Made by a program: the position numbers and the translations under genes | The notes under the pieces: model-generated | What the model was told of the DNA's origin: nothing | Database searches by the model: none | Seen by the model: only the letters and a program-made list of their open reading frames with translations | Shown: positions 37,946-51,607 of the stretch, in pieces | How the letters are laid out: each line of letters begins with the position of its first letter | Numbering within the stretch: the first letter of the stretch is position 1 | Origin: Octopus sinensis | Lineage: Eukaryota | Length of the DNA stretch: 64,000 bases | NCBI RefSeq assembly: GCF_006345805.1 | Contig: NC_043006.1 | Coordinates: 95,666,001 to 95,730,000 of the forward strand | Direction of reading: 5' to 3'

Positions 37946-39056
37946 CACATGTAGAGAAGAGGAGGGAGAGAGAAAGAGAGGCTTTCGAAAACAATGACTG
38001 AATCAAAATGACATCTTGAATTGTAATTGAATTTCAATGGATTGGTCACATGTGTCGCTTTTTCAATCCTGATGTGTATATTTACAAACATGTTAATATG
38101 TATATAATAAGAGAAGAGGAGGGAGGGAAGAAGAGATGCTTTCAATAACACAGACTGAATCAAGAATGAATTCTTGAATTGTAATTAAATTTCAATGAGT
38201 TGACAATGTCGATGCAAAATCGTTGCAAAAGAAGCCTGGTTCTCCTTCTCTTTCTTACCCTTCTCTTTCTCTTCTTTCTTTATCCCTCTTGACTTTTTCC
38301 CTATATTTCTCACTTTCTCCCTTTCTCCAAAACAAAGTTTTTCCTCTTCTAAACGAAACAAACCATCATCCCGATTGATATAAAAGGCGTAAGAAATTTT
38401 CTTATTCATTTAAAGGGTCGCGAAAAAAATCCCTGCCAAGTAAATATGTATGATAAACTTTTTCTTTCTTATTTACTTTTTTTCTTTTTATTGTACTTAT
38501 TTTATTGTATTTTATTCCTTGTCTGAAATTGCATTCATCTTCTGTCCTCCCTTCATTAATACACTTCATATTTGCTAATTCTAGTATTAGTAAAAACATG
38601 TTATCTGCCAAATATATTTATTGTCTATGACAATATAATGAAACCATTTGTTATTTATAACAAACCTGTTGTTTCAGGCTGTCATGAAATCTTCTGAATT
38701 GTAATCTATTCGTTATGTTAAATCACAGTTCTATTTACGGGTATATATTTTCATTTATCTATTCATTTATATATGGATAACAGATGGTGTAGCGTCGCTT
38801 GTGTAATAACCACAGATTACGAAACAGCTGACGACAAATAGAATAAACATCTGCTCTTTCAGTTGTCTCATCGAATGAACTTTTGTACATACCGACGACC
38901 ATTGCGATTCCTTAATTTTCAGAACGATGATTAGATACAATCCTAGCTTCACACACGGTCTTCCTCGATGGCGACGCATCAAGTGGAGAAATTAGTGTGA
39001 GAAATATTATTTGGTTCTTTGAATCAATTTACATATACATGTAAATTAAATGTATA

Positions 39057-39144
<88 letters not shown>

Positions 39145-39211
39145 AATGAGGGTGAAAAAGTGATATTAATTTAATAATACCATTAATTTAACACCAAGTG
39201 GCTTAGCACAA

Positions 39212-39323
39212 AAAACTAGGGAGATAATACAAATTTATACATAAATTATTAGAGTTACCACTATCCACATAGTGGTAACTCTCTAATAATTTATGTATAA
39301 ATTTGTATTATCTCCCTAGTTTT
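39212..39323. repeat. Near-perfect 112-bp palindrome
   Basis: Arms identical except for a 2-nt indel; 4-nt loop CCAC at 39265-39268. Confidence 0.95.
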
Positions 39324-39778
39324 ATATATATATTATATATATATATTATATATATATATATATATGCATATATACATATGTATATGTACATACTTACATC
39401 TATACGTATATATATGCACATATATATGTATATATATATATATGCATATGTGACCACAGGAAGTCACGAAACGACTATAACAAAAAAATACGAAGTACGG
39501 GTGCATAGAATATGAACAATTTTTTGAACAGCAAAAAATACAAATGGAAAACAAAACAAACAATATAAAGAACGACCCTTCATCAGTTTTTGACTGTTAA
39601 TCTAGTCTCGTATTTCGAGCATTTAACAACAATATACGCTTTCGATAAGACAGTTGCTTCCGCAAAGCAAATTGGGTATAATTTGGGATTTTGCGGAGGG
39701 TCAAAATTGGTAACACAAACAGGACAGTGAAAACAAACATATAATAATATAAATAATATATATATATATATATATATA

Positions 39779-39838
<60 letters not shown>

Positions 39839-40860
39839 TGTATGTATATATACATATATAAATATGTATATGTATATATATATATATATAAATATATATA
39901 TATATACACATATATACATATATACATATATATACACTTATGAAATAAAATTGAATAGAGTCAAGAATGTGCACGGTTAGACAGCTATTTAATAAACACC
40001 ACACGTTTCGATAATTATATTTACACTTATACATGCAGTATATATATATATATCCATATACATATAAATTCGTACATACATTTTTGTATATACACACACA
40101 AGCAAATACGTACCCACTCATATGTGAATGCACATATATATCAACATTTATCTTTTTTCATCTATCTTTCATTTTTCTAAATCTGTGGTCATGCTGGGGC
40201 ACCGCCATGAAGTATTTTCATCCAACAAATAGATATCATTACTCTTTTGTTAACTCTTGTACTTAGGCAATTTTTTTTTACTTTTGTTGAACCTCTAAGA
40301 TGTGAGCAGCTAAACAAACCAACAGCGTTTATCAAGCGGTGATAGGGCGACATATGGATGTTACTTAACAGTCCGCGTGTAATTGAAAACATAATCAAAT
40401 CCTTTGGACACAGGTAGATGACATTTGGTTAGAGATACATTTTCCGAGGAGGTGCTCAGAAGTTATATTTTCTATTCGAATGAATTAAACATTTTAAAGA
40501 AGACCAGTGGCTAGTTTGCTGTTGTTACTAAGAAAGTTTATATTTAAGTTAACATAATTAATTTCTAGAAATTATATAAATTACTTCTTAGATATTAATG
40601 CGGTGAGTAGGAAGAACAGATATGACATCAGCCAAAATGCTTTGCCTCATTTCTTACAGATTTACCTTCCGAGGTCTGATTCCGCCAAGGTATATTTTGC
40701 CTTTCATCATTTCGTGGTTGATAAAATATGTAACATTTGAGCAATGGAGTCGATGTAATCTACGAGATGCTCCACCAAAAATGTCAGGCCTCGTGCGATT
40801 TGTAGAAAGAATTATTTACCAAATATATTTAACAAAATATCCGGGGTAAGATTTTGGCAA

Positions 40861-41264
40861 TTACTCTTTTAGTATTTTACTTGTTTCAGTCATTTGACTG
40901 CGGCTATGCTGGAGCACCACATTTAGTCGATCAAATCGACCCTAGGAGTTATTCTTTGGACGCCTAGTACTTATACTATCGGTCTCTTTTGCCGAACCGC
41001 TAAGTTATGTGGGACGTAAACACACTACCATCTGTTGTCAAGCGATGTTAGAGGGACAAAGACATACACACAAACATACACATACACACACACATATATA
41101 TATATATACATATATACGACGGGCTTCATTCAGTTTCCGTCTACCAAATCTACTCACAAGGATTTGGTCGGCTCGAGGCTATAGTAGAAGTCACTTGCCC
41201 AAGATGCTACGCAGTGGGAATGAACTCTGAAGCATGTGGTTGGTAAGCAAGAAACTTACCACAC
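40861..41264 (-). mobile_element. SINE family A, near full length
   Basis: Reverse complement of the 60944 copy along its length. Confidence 0.85.
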
Positions 41265-41665
41265 GAATTATATTTATTTAATTAATAATTTATTCATTTA
41301 TTCATTCATTTATTTATTCATGTCGTATGTTTATGAAGGAAAAGGTAATCCACCATTTTTTATGATTTGTAACTATTCTGGATGTATAAAAAATTCGTCG
41401 ACCTACAGGTAATTGACAGCATCTTTTTAAAAGCAATATATCCGAAATATTGTGAACACATATCATAAAGTATATTTTAGGAAATAATAAACTTGGCCGA
41501 GACCGGGTATTGCTCCTTGCACTTACACACATAAGAACGTAAATACACACAAACACGCATGCACATATACATACATATATACATTTGAATATATATAAAT
41601 AAATATATATTTATTTTTCCGTATAGGAAAAACAACTATAACCCTAAGACATTCAATATATATAT

Positions 41666-41728
<63 letters not shown>

Positions 41729-41838
41729 ACATACATGCATAGATACAGACATACATACAATATATATATGTAAAATTCGTATATAGATATACATACACAC
41801 ATACATACATACACACACAGCCACACACACGCACCACA

Positions 41839-41902
<64 letters not shown>

Positions 41903-42128
41903 GAGAAGTAACATTGCTGCCCAATACAATCAATAAATCTCTGTGGAAGTCTGGAACTAAATAATACAAGCATGATATAACTTTCCCTCATGAATAGTAG
42001 TAATATGGTCACACACCCACCCACTGATACACACACACGATGGCGCTAAAGCACAAACATATACGTAGCCTTTCCCTGTCTCACACATACATTTTGTTTC
42101 ACAACACCACACGCACACATACATATCC

Positions 42129-42161
<33 letters not shown>

Positions 42162-42192
42162 GTTTACAAGAAAGAATCGCCCATGTCAAATT

Positions 42193-42225
<33 letters not shown>

Positions 42226-42526
42226 TATGTGTGATATATATATGTATATACATGTATATATATATGTATGTATGATATATATATCTGTATATATATATAT
42301 ATATAATCTGTATATATATCTATATATATATATATGTATATATATATAATATATATATATATATATCTGTATATATATATATGTATATATATATATTATA
42401 TATATATATATATATATAATATATATATATATATCATATATATATATATACATATATATAGATATGCACATGCATGTATGTATACATGTGCATATATACA
42501 TACCTTTCCGCAGATATACACATACG

Positions 42527-42560
<34 letters not shown>

Positions 42561-42942
42561 ATCCACACACATATATATATAAATGTGTATGTCTGCGAAT
42601 GATAAATTTTCTAAGACATTTCCAATTTACAAATCGCACATTGGAATTCAGTCTTAGATTTCTTTATCGATTTTTCTTTGCATAATCACAGTCGCACCTG
42701 TTCTGAGAATGATAAAATCCGGGCCTTGCAAATTTAGCTCGCATCTAAATCCGGTTTGGTTGCTGCTTTTATATATGAATTACAGCCGTAACGATCAAAT
42801 CAATAGATATGATGGATATATACACAATCACACATATACATATGTGTGCCTATACACGTACTCACATTTTATATATTTCAGTGTGTACACACATATGTGT
42901 ATGTATGAGAGCGTATGTACGAATGGATATATCTTCACATAC

Positions 42943-42982
<40 letters not shown>

Positions 42983-43808
42983 TATATATATTATATATAT
43001 ATATATATATTTTATAGATATATATATATACACACATACATGCATACATACATACATACATACATACATACATAAATACATACATACATAATACATACGT
43101 ATATATACATAATATATATGTATATATATATATACGCACACGCGTGTTCACACAAAGGTTTTTGTACAAATGTAGCATATATGGAAAGGAATATATATAC
43201 AAATGGATATATACGTATGTGTGTGCTCGCCTGATTGTATGCATAAATATGTATGCACATGTCTATGACTTGCTCTACACGCACATACACACACACACAC
43301 CACACAGACACACACTCACATATGGGCCTTTGCATGTATGCATGTATGTAGGCATATATATATATGCACATACATAGATATATAAACACAGATATGAGTG
43401 AGTGCGTATGCATGTCAGTATACATACATACATACATACATATATATATACTTTAACATATACACACAAGCGTATATACATACGTTATACACATATCCAT
43501 CTCTACATATTTATGTAAGGCAAGTATTTCCATTCATCTTTGCAGATGTCTCCTGGTTATAACGTTCGCCAATATCAGATCAATGGTTGCTTTTAATAAG
43601 ATATATAAACGCATACCCAAGCTGTCTTTCTCTCTTTGTCGCATACACGCACACGCACACATCACATACATTTAACACTTCCACACCAACATTTAAGACT
43701 CTCTCTTCCCCAGTTTCTGCATACTGTCCCTCACTGTCTCACTTTCCCAGTTTCCCTTAGTTCTCTACAGATGTGTGGTGTGTATGCATGTGTATTTATA
43801 TATATATA

Positions 43809-43884
<76 letters not shown>

Positions 43885-43938
43885 CATACATACATATAAA
43901 CATATTTACTTATATATATAGATATATACATATATAAG

Positions 43939-43969
<31 letters not shown>

Positions 43970-44888
43970 TTAGATATATATGAGTATATGCATATATGTA
44001 TATATACATATGCATATACATACATATCTATAGACATAAATACTTATACACATATATACACATACATATATATACATATATCTAAATATGTGTATATATA
44101 TATATATATATGTACATGTACATGTATGTATATTTCTGAGTGTACATGTACATGTATGTATATTTCTGAGTGTACATGTACCTTTATGCATATCTGCATG
44201 TATTAATATTTATATATACACTTGCATGTCTCTGCATATGACTATTTATAAATATAGAAATGGACGTTGTATATGTATATACACACAAACACACACACAT
44301 ACACACGGATACATACACACACAAACACATAAAGTCAAGTTCATGCAGACATGCACACGCCTCATATCTTTATATAGACGAGGCAAAAGAGTAACTGAGG
44401 GGAAGATGGTAGGTGGCTGTTGGATGGCATTCGTATTTATGTACGGTTATGTATAGGATATGATATTAATCTTTCTTAACACATATGCTCTAGTTGACAA
44501 GTTGGCAGATGATAACAATATATGTGCTTTTGCCGATGCTAATTTGACAAAGTTAACACCCCATATATATTATATTTCGATACTTAAATAGACTCACAAA
44601 TAAATGCACACACACACATACATACACGCACACACATACACGTATTCAGGCACACGTATAAATATTCTCAGGAAATCTCTCGAGCACTCATACATGCAAA
44701 GATTGGTGGATGTGTACATATATGCATTCGCTTTAATATCACAGGATAATACCATAAATACACATATTGCCCCGAAGATACACAGCCAGTTGACAAACAG
44801 AATACCCTCGGTGAGACACACACACACATATATATATACACATACATATTTATATATATATATATGTATGTGTATATATATATATGTA

Positions 44889-44936
<48 letters not shown>

Positions 44937-45427
44937 CGTGGACACATACATATACATATGTATATATATGTTTATGTTCATGCTTGTTTTTATGTACTGT
45001 TACAATAACAACAATTTTAGATTAATCTTATGGTTTACTCTATAATTTTTTGAGTATGAATCTGCTATTCTCAAACAAGAATGTTAACTCTGACTTCGAA
45101 GTTTCGACCACTTTTGCCATCGTCATACATATACATACACACACACCAAACACGCACACATATATATGTGTGTATGTGTTTGTGTGCGCGCGTGTGTGTG
45201 TGTGTGTCTGTGTGTGTAGTGAATATAGAATAGCAAATTACAGGTACTTGAATTCGTAAGTTAATGCTCGATTCCCGGTTTCAACAAAATGCTGTGGTTT
45301 TATGTCCCTTGTTGTGAGCTACTCTGGAAATAACAGTGTAGTGTGAGTGGGGTCTTACTTATTCCGGAATTTGGTCCCTCATAGAGCATATTTTCTCTGT
45401 GTATGCGTCTGTGTATATGTATATATA

Positions 45428-45457
<30 letters not shown>

Positions 45458-45458
<1 letters not shown>

Positions 45459-47350
45459 AGATCAAACTCAATCCCAAAGTGTTCTTTTCATTTGCAAAAA
45501 AACACAGAGTCACTGGTTCTACTGTTGGGCCTCTGATTGATGAAAATGGTACTCTTCAAGACAATGCCAAAACCATGGGAGAAATATTGCAGAAACAATA
45601 TTGCTCTGTTTTCAGCAATCCTGATATGACTGATCTGGCAGTATCAGTGATGTTACTCCCCAATACACTTTTCGGACATAACATTTGGCGCTCCTGATGT
45701 CTTAGCAGCAATAAAGGAAATGAAGCATAATTCAGCAGTAGGTCCCGATAGGTTTCCCTGCTTGTGTCTTGAAGATGTGTCAAACCAACTTGCACCCCCT
45801 CTAGCCAATCTGTGGCGGAACTCACTGGATGCTGGATATATACCAGAAGACCTTCTATCCCAGTCTGTTGTCCCAGTTTTCAAAAAGGAAACAAATCGCT
45901 TGCCGTGAATTACCGTCCAATCTCACTCACCTCTCATATCATCAAGGTATTGAGAAGGTGCTGAGATCGCGTATGACTCACTTCCTTGAGAGTCATAATA
46001 TGCTGAACCCCAACCAGCATGATTCCGTAATGGGAGAGATTGCCTGACGCAGCTACTGCATCATTTTGATGACATTTTGAGAGCCTTGGGAGAGGGTTCC
46101 AACACTGATGTCATCTACCTTGATTTCAGCAAGGCCTTTGACAGGGTTGATCATAAGATCCTTATGAGAAAGCTGTCCAATATTGGTGTCACTGGAAAGC
46201 TGCTGCAATGGATCAAGTGCTTCCTCTCTAACAGACCAACATGTTGTAGTCGAGGGAGTCAAATCCAGCCCAGCCAAAGTCAGCAGTGGTGTCCCACAAG
46301 GCACTGTGTTGGGCCCCTTCTCTTCATCATCTACATAAATGATATTACTGACACCATCAAACACAAGCAACATCAGAACCTTCGCTGATGATTCCAAGCT
46401 CCAGAAGGTCATCAATGGCGTGGATGACCGAATAAACCTTCAGTCAGACCTACTGGCTGTTGTCCAATGGGCGGAAAGAAATAACATGTTGCTAAATGAA
46501 GACAAATTCGAACTGATCCACTTTGGAAGGGAGGACGCTCTGAAACTCCCATACTCTCTTCCTTCTGGAGAAATTCTCATGGCATCCACACATCAGAGAC
46601 CTGGGAGTAACAGTGGACAACAACATAAGCTGGGCTTACACATATAAGCAGCAAAGTTGACATGGGCCCGCAGAATGTGTTCCTGGATTCTCAGAACCTT
46701 CCAGTCGAGAGATTCCCACGCTATTATCCTTCTCTTCTCCACTTTTGCCCGACCCCACCTGGAATACTGCTGTCCACTGTGGTCTCCCTACACACAAACA
46801 AAATATTATGAGAATTGAAGCTCCCCAAGGTCAATCATAAAAAAGATAGATGGCATGTCAGACTTGACTACTGGGGTAGACTAGAGAAGCTGAATTGTAT
46901 TCACTCCAACGACGCCGTGAACGCTACATTATCTGTATGATGTGGAAAATATTCCATTAGCACTGTCCGAATGATGTTGGCATCACCTTCAAAATGCATC
47001 CAAGGCTTGGACCACGTGCCATCCGTCCACAACAAAAATCTAAATCGCATCACATAACGACAATACGGCACAACTATTTCACCTCATTTGGACCTGCTCT
47101 CTTCAACATTACACCAGGACACGTCAAAAAAGAAACTGACCACACAAAATTCAAGAAGTCTTTGGACAAATTCCTTCAACAGTACCGGACAAACCACCCA
47201 CACCCGGATATGTCTCCGCAAACAATAACTCTCTGCTCGAATGGGCCTTGGTGCCCAAATCCTGAACTGAAAGACTTCGCCAGGTGGTGCTATTAAGTTA
47301 GACATGGCCTGGGCCAATACTGGCCAAAAACCTTTCTAAGTTATTCTAAG
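45458..47350 (+). mobile_element. CR1-group (Jockey superclade) LINE, 5'-truncated RT, frameshifted
   Basis: NPKVFFSFAKK; SAVGPDRFP; YRPISLT; IYLDFSKAFDRVDH; GVPQGTVLGPLL; TFADDSKL; RPHLEYCCPLWSP; 3' tandem (ttctaagtta)2 then (TA)n. Confidence 0.9.
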
Positions 47351-47406
<56 letters not shown>

Positions 47407-47458
47407 TATAATATATATACATACATATATATACATCATATATATATATATATATAAT

Positions 47459-47502
<44 letters not shown>
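47351..47502. repeat. (TA)n tract shared by two tail-to-tail LINE 3' ends
   Basis: Seen directly. Confidence 0.9.
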
Positions 47503-47507
<5 letters not shown>

Positions 47508-49035
47508 GATAAACTTCTGGAAAGTTTTACTGATTTTTAGCTTTCTCCTTTCTGGTTTTGAGAAGACTAATTTCTCAAGATTGGTATTTAGACAGTTTAT
47601 TACATATCCCAGGATCCCAATTATTACAGGTATAAACCTGAACTTGCAATCTGGATATAGTAACTGCAGATTTCTCAATAGTTCAGCATAGGTATTCTCT
47701 GTTTCACTGAATTTCAGCTTTATGTTAACATCCGCTGGTCAGCAAATTTCCACAACTGTGCACAGATTCTCTTCTCGATACCAAATCATTATATAAGGTA
47801 TTTTGTGCGTGCATTTTATTGAGGTCTTCACTGGTACATTCCACCAGTAATCCTTTTAATTATGAGTGGCTATGGCTTCTACCATATTGTGGGTTCTTAT
47901 TTCTTTGTCCTCGGGATTATCCTTCCGACGGATTTCGTATCCTAGCTACAACATCATGCCTCATGGTAGATAATACCGTCATGACACGGACAATTGCTTA
48001 GGATATGCGTGATACCTTCAGTCTGAACTCCACAAAGTCTGCATTGGTTGCCACATTTTACTCCTTTTTCTGAATTTCTCTACCTTTTGTACATCCGGTG
48101 CTTGGTTAATATTTCCTGTTCCTGGATTGCAAGCGCACACCCTTCAAAGTCGGAGGTAGTAATCTGGCTATTGGTCTATGATAAACTGCTTCCAAGATCG
48201 ATTTTACTATCATCATGAAGCCTTTTATCAACATATCCATGCATAGTCTTTTGCTCATATAGGCTCATCTTTTCAGCTGACGATACGCTGCAGTGGTGTC
48301 GAGCGCCGTCTTTGGGCATGTATTCTAGGTTTTCAGAGCTGACTTCCATGTCTTATGATGTTATTAGCCTCATGTATGAAACCTTTGTTGAGGGATGCAT
48401 TTCGACGCTTGGTGGTTAAAAGATGTTCCTGAAGAGACATGATGCGACATTCAAACGCATTTTGGATCGATGTTAAGCCTCTGCCGCCTTGTTTTCGTGT
48501 TAGGTTGAGGCGGTCTACGTCACTGTTTATGTGGAAATTATGTATGCTTGTTAGTATTTTTCGGGTTTTCACATCAATTGCTCGGATCTCATCAAGCGTC
48601 CAGTCAAGCAGCGCAAATGTTGGTATGAGTACTGGCACTACAAACACATTGTGGGCCATTGTTTTATTGAATGCAGAGAGTTTTGAAGTTCAAATTTTCT
48701 TTATTCGGGTGTAATATCCTTTTGTGACACGTGTTGTGTTACAGGTGCCATTGTAAGATAGATTTTCATGCACCCCTAGATACCTTTAGCACTCGTCGTC
48801 AGTTACAGGGGAAACAATCAAATCATTGATGGAGGTGTTACTCGTTTGGTTTATAGCTTTTCACACTTTCACACTCATATAACAACATTTATCCTGACCA
48901 AACTCCAACCCTACATTCTTTGGGAATATTGTCACTAGGACAACGCTCCTTTCCATCTCTTGCATATTCTTTCCATAAAGAAGTCATTCACAAAGAAGCT
49001 GTATAATTTTGGTACTTCTGTTTCCTTGTAAACCA
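47503..49035 (-). mobile_element. R4-clade RLE LINE (family 2), 5'-truncated
   Basis: FVND at the FVDD position near 48990; NVFVVPVLIPTFALLDWTLDEIRAIDVKTRKIL..DVDRLNLTRKQGGRGL; C-terminus LLYPDCKFRFIPVIIGILG..FQKFII; homologous to 23360-24115. Confidence 0.85.
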
Positions 49036-49654
49036 GCGAGAGAAATAAGTATGTATGTATCTTGCAGCTTCTATCTTTTAGATGTTTCAATCATTGGACT
49101 GCGACCATGCCGGGGGAAGAGCCTTCAAGTGCTCATCACCAGAACGAAACAACACTAAAAAAATCAGCACCGGTTCGCAATCTCCGAGGCGAAACACAAA
49201 CACAAACACACATACACATAGATATAATGAGGCAGTCAGCTCCTTGACATCTTCTGGTACCTATAATTGCTATTTCGCAGCATGAGATCTTACAGGGTTT
49301 TTGAGCCCTGAAAGGTGTTTGAAGAGCTGTTTACAAATACTGGAGCGATGTTTCGTTTCTGCATTGTCGCCATTTTCCGCCTGTTTTCCGTGAATGTCTA
49401 AGTACCAATTCAGTTATCCCTGTGACTTGCAAGACTTTTATGAGTCATGCTATTGACGTTGTAACTAGTTGTAACGAAATTCCAAAAGTTCATGTGTGCC
49501 TCGGCTGCATGGGAGTGAGATATGCATTCCTCTGTGCATAAACATCTAAAGAAAGAATGTGAAACACTTGCTAGGTTTTTGATTTAAATCTCATCTTAAC
49601 GAATCTGATTTAATGCACACACACGCACACATATGTATCGATATATATGCATAC

Positions 49655-49800
<146 letters not shown>

Positions 49801-49824
49801 GTATATATATATACACATATAAAG

Positions 49825-50010
49825 CTAATCCAAACAAGAAAGCACAAAAAGCACAACAACGCGAGGACGTGGAACAAATATAGTATTATTGGACGCTCAG
49901 GAAAGAAGGGAAGAAGGAGGGTTCAACGTTTCGAGCGGAGCTCTTCGTCGGAAATATAGGAGAAGGAAAGATCCAGAGAAGGGAAGACAGAGAAATCGCG
50001 AACGGTACAC
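49825..50010 (-). mobile_element. PLE-like terminal repeat with a minimal HHR-like motif (49921-49955)
   Basis: Minus strand UUU-CCGACGA-A-GAGC-UCC-GCUC-GAAACGUU-GAA; the core has C instead of U4. Confidence 0.5.
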
Positions 50011-50099
50011 ACGAGGTCACATATATTTATATATACATATATATGTTTATGTATATATATATTATATATATATATATATATACATTTGTATATATATAT

Positions 50100-50132
<33 letters not shown>

Positions 50133-50640
50133 ATATTATATATATATATATATTTATATAGAGGGCATTATTATACATACATGCCTCACGCAAAGAGGGA
50201 CATCAGTCATTTCTACCAAAAATTTTACTAATCATACCCAATGCAATTTTTCAAAGCAAGACATTCGAACACCCATCTGCTCTATTCCAACGAAGCACAT
50301 GGAGAAGTTTACAAATCATACATCCGGTAAATGGCGGGCTTCTTCGAATTGCATTTCGAATGGAAATGTTTTTTCGGATTAAATTTAAATTTAACAATTA
50401 AGGATAACCTCTTAATAAGGAATCTTAACAAGAAATTATCAGGTAGGTAGCGTGAAAAACCTCATAAGAGAAAAATTTCGAAAATAATTCTTTCTTATTG
50501 AACATATTAATTTATATATAGGGGGCATTATTATACATACATGCCTCACGCTAAGAGGGACATCAGTCATTTCTACCAAAAATTTTACTAATCATACCCA
50601 ATGCAATTTTTCAAAGCAAGACATTTAAAAAAATGAATTT

Positions 50641-50702
50641 AGTCTTGTATCACGTGTGATTTCGCACTTACCGCAGTTGCGACCATGCTCATCAGCAAGA
50701 CT
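50641..50702 (-). ncRNA. Type I hammerhead ribozyme
   Basis: AGUCUUG-CUGAUGA-GCA[..]UGC-GAA-AUCAC ac GUGAU-A-CAAGACU; perfect 7-bp stem I; AUA cleavage triplet. Confidence 0.85.
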
Positions 50703-51125
50703 GATTCTGAACATATCATAAATAAACGACCAGTACCGTCAAAGTAAAATTTTGTAGTAAAATTTTTGGTAGAAATGACTGATGTCCCTCTTAGCGTGAG
50801 GCATGTATGTATAATAATGCCCCGTATATATAAATTAATATGTTCAATAAGAAAGAATTATTTTCGAAATTTTTCTCTTATGAGGTTTTTCACGCTATCT
50901 ACCTGATAAATTCTTGTTAAGATTCCTTATTAAGAGAATATCCTTAATTGTTAAATTTAAATTTATTCCGAAAAAACTTTTCCCCCTCCGAAATGCAATT
51001 CGAAGAAGCCCGCCATTTACCGGATGTATGATTTGTAAACTTCTCCATGTGCTTCGTTGGAATAGAGCAGATGGCTGTTCGACTTTTGACGGTACTGGTC
51101 GTTTATTTATGATATGTTCAGAATC

Positions 51126-51187
51126 AGTCTTGCTGATGAGCATGGTCGCAACTGCGGTAAGTGCGAAATCACAGGTGATACAAGACT
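51126..51187 (+). ncRNA. Type I hammerhead ribozyme
   Basis: AGTCTTG 51126-51132 pairs with CAAGACT 51181-51187; CTGATGA 51133-51139; GCA/TGC stem II; GAAA 51165-51168; ATCAC/GTGAT stem III; predicted cleavage after A51180. Confidence 0.88.
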
Positions 51188-51435
51188 AAATTCATTTTTT
51201 TAAATGTCTTGCTTTGAAAAATCGCATTGGGTATGATTAGTAAAATTTTTGGTAGAAATGACTGATGTCCCTCTTAGCGTGAGGCATGTATGTATAATAA
51301 TGCCCCCTATATATAAATTAATATGTTCAATAAGAAAGAATTATTTTCAAAATTTTTCTCTTATGAGGTTTTTCACGCTATCTACCTGATAATTTCTTGT
51401 TAAGTTTCCTTATTAAGAGGTTATCCTTAATTGTT

Positions 51436-51510
<75 letters not shown>

Positions 51511-51520
51511 ATCAATATAG

Positions 51521-51554
51521 GGTGGCAAAAAATTTTGTAGAATTTTTTGCCACC
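51521..51554. repeat. Perfect 14-bp hairpin
   Basis: GGTGGCAAAAAATT-TTGTAG-AATTTTTTGCCACC. Confidence 0.9.
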
Positions 51555-51607
51555 AGCGGCCTAGTGGGAAAAAATTAAATAGTCATAGACCATTTTAAGT
51601 TCAACAT

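Larger units (their letters stand above)
50161..51440. repeat. 483-bp hammerhead-bearing tandem repeat in two opposite-orientation blocks (retrozyme-like)
   Basis: Block 1 50161-50743, block 2 inverted 50755-51440; period 483 from ggtagaaatg at 50768 and 51251; (TA)n on both flanks. Confidence 0.9.

Noticed and set aside
36800-38200. Old diverged local duplications (36807/37074, 37953/38110; similarly 18700/18990 and 17361/17851)
   Set aside because: Ordinary decayed tandem duplications; I found no ribozyme or coding signal in them.
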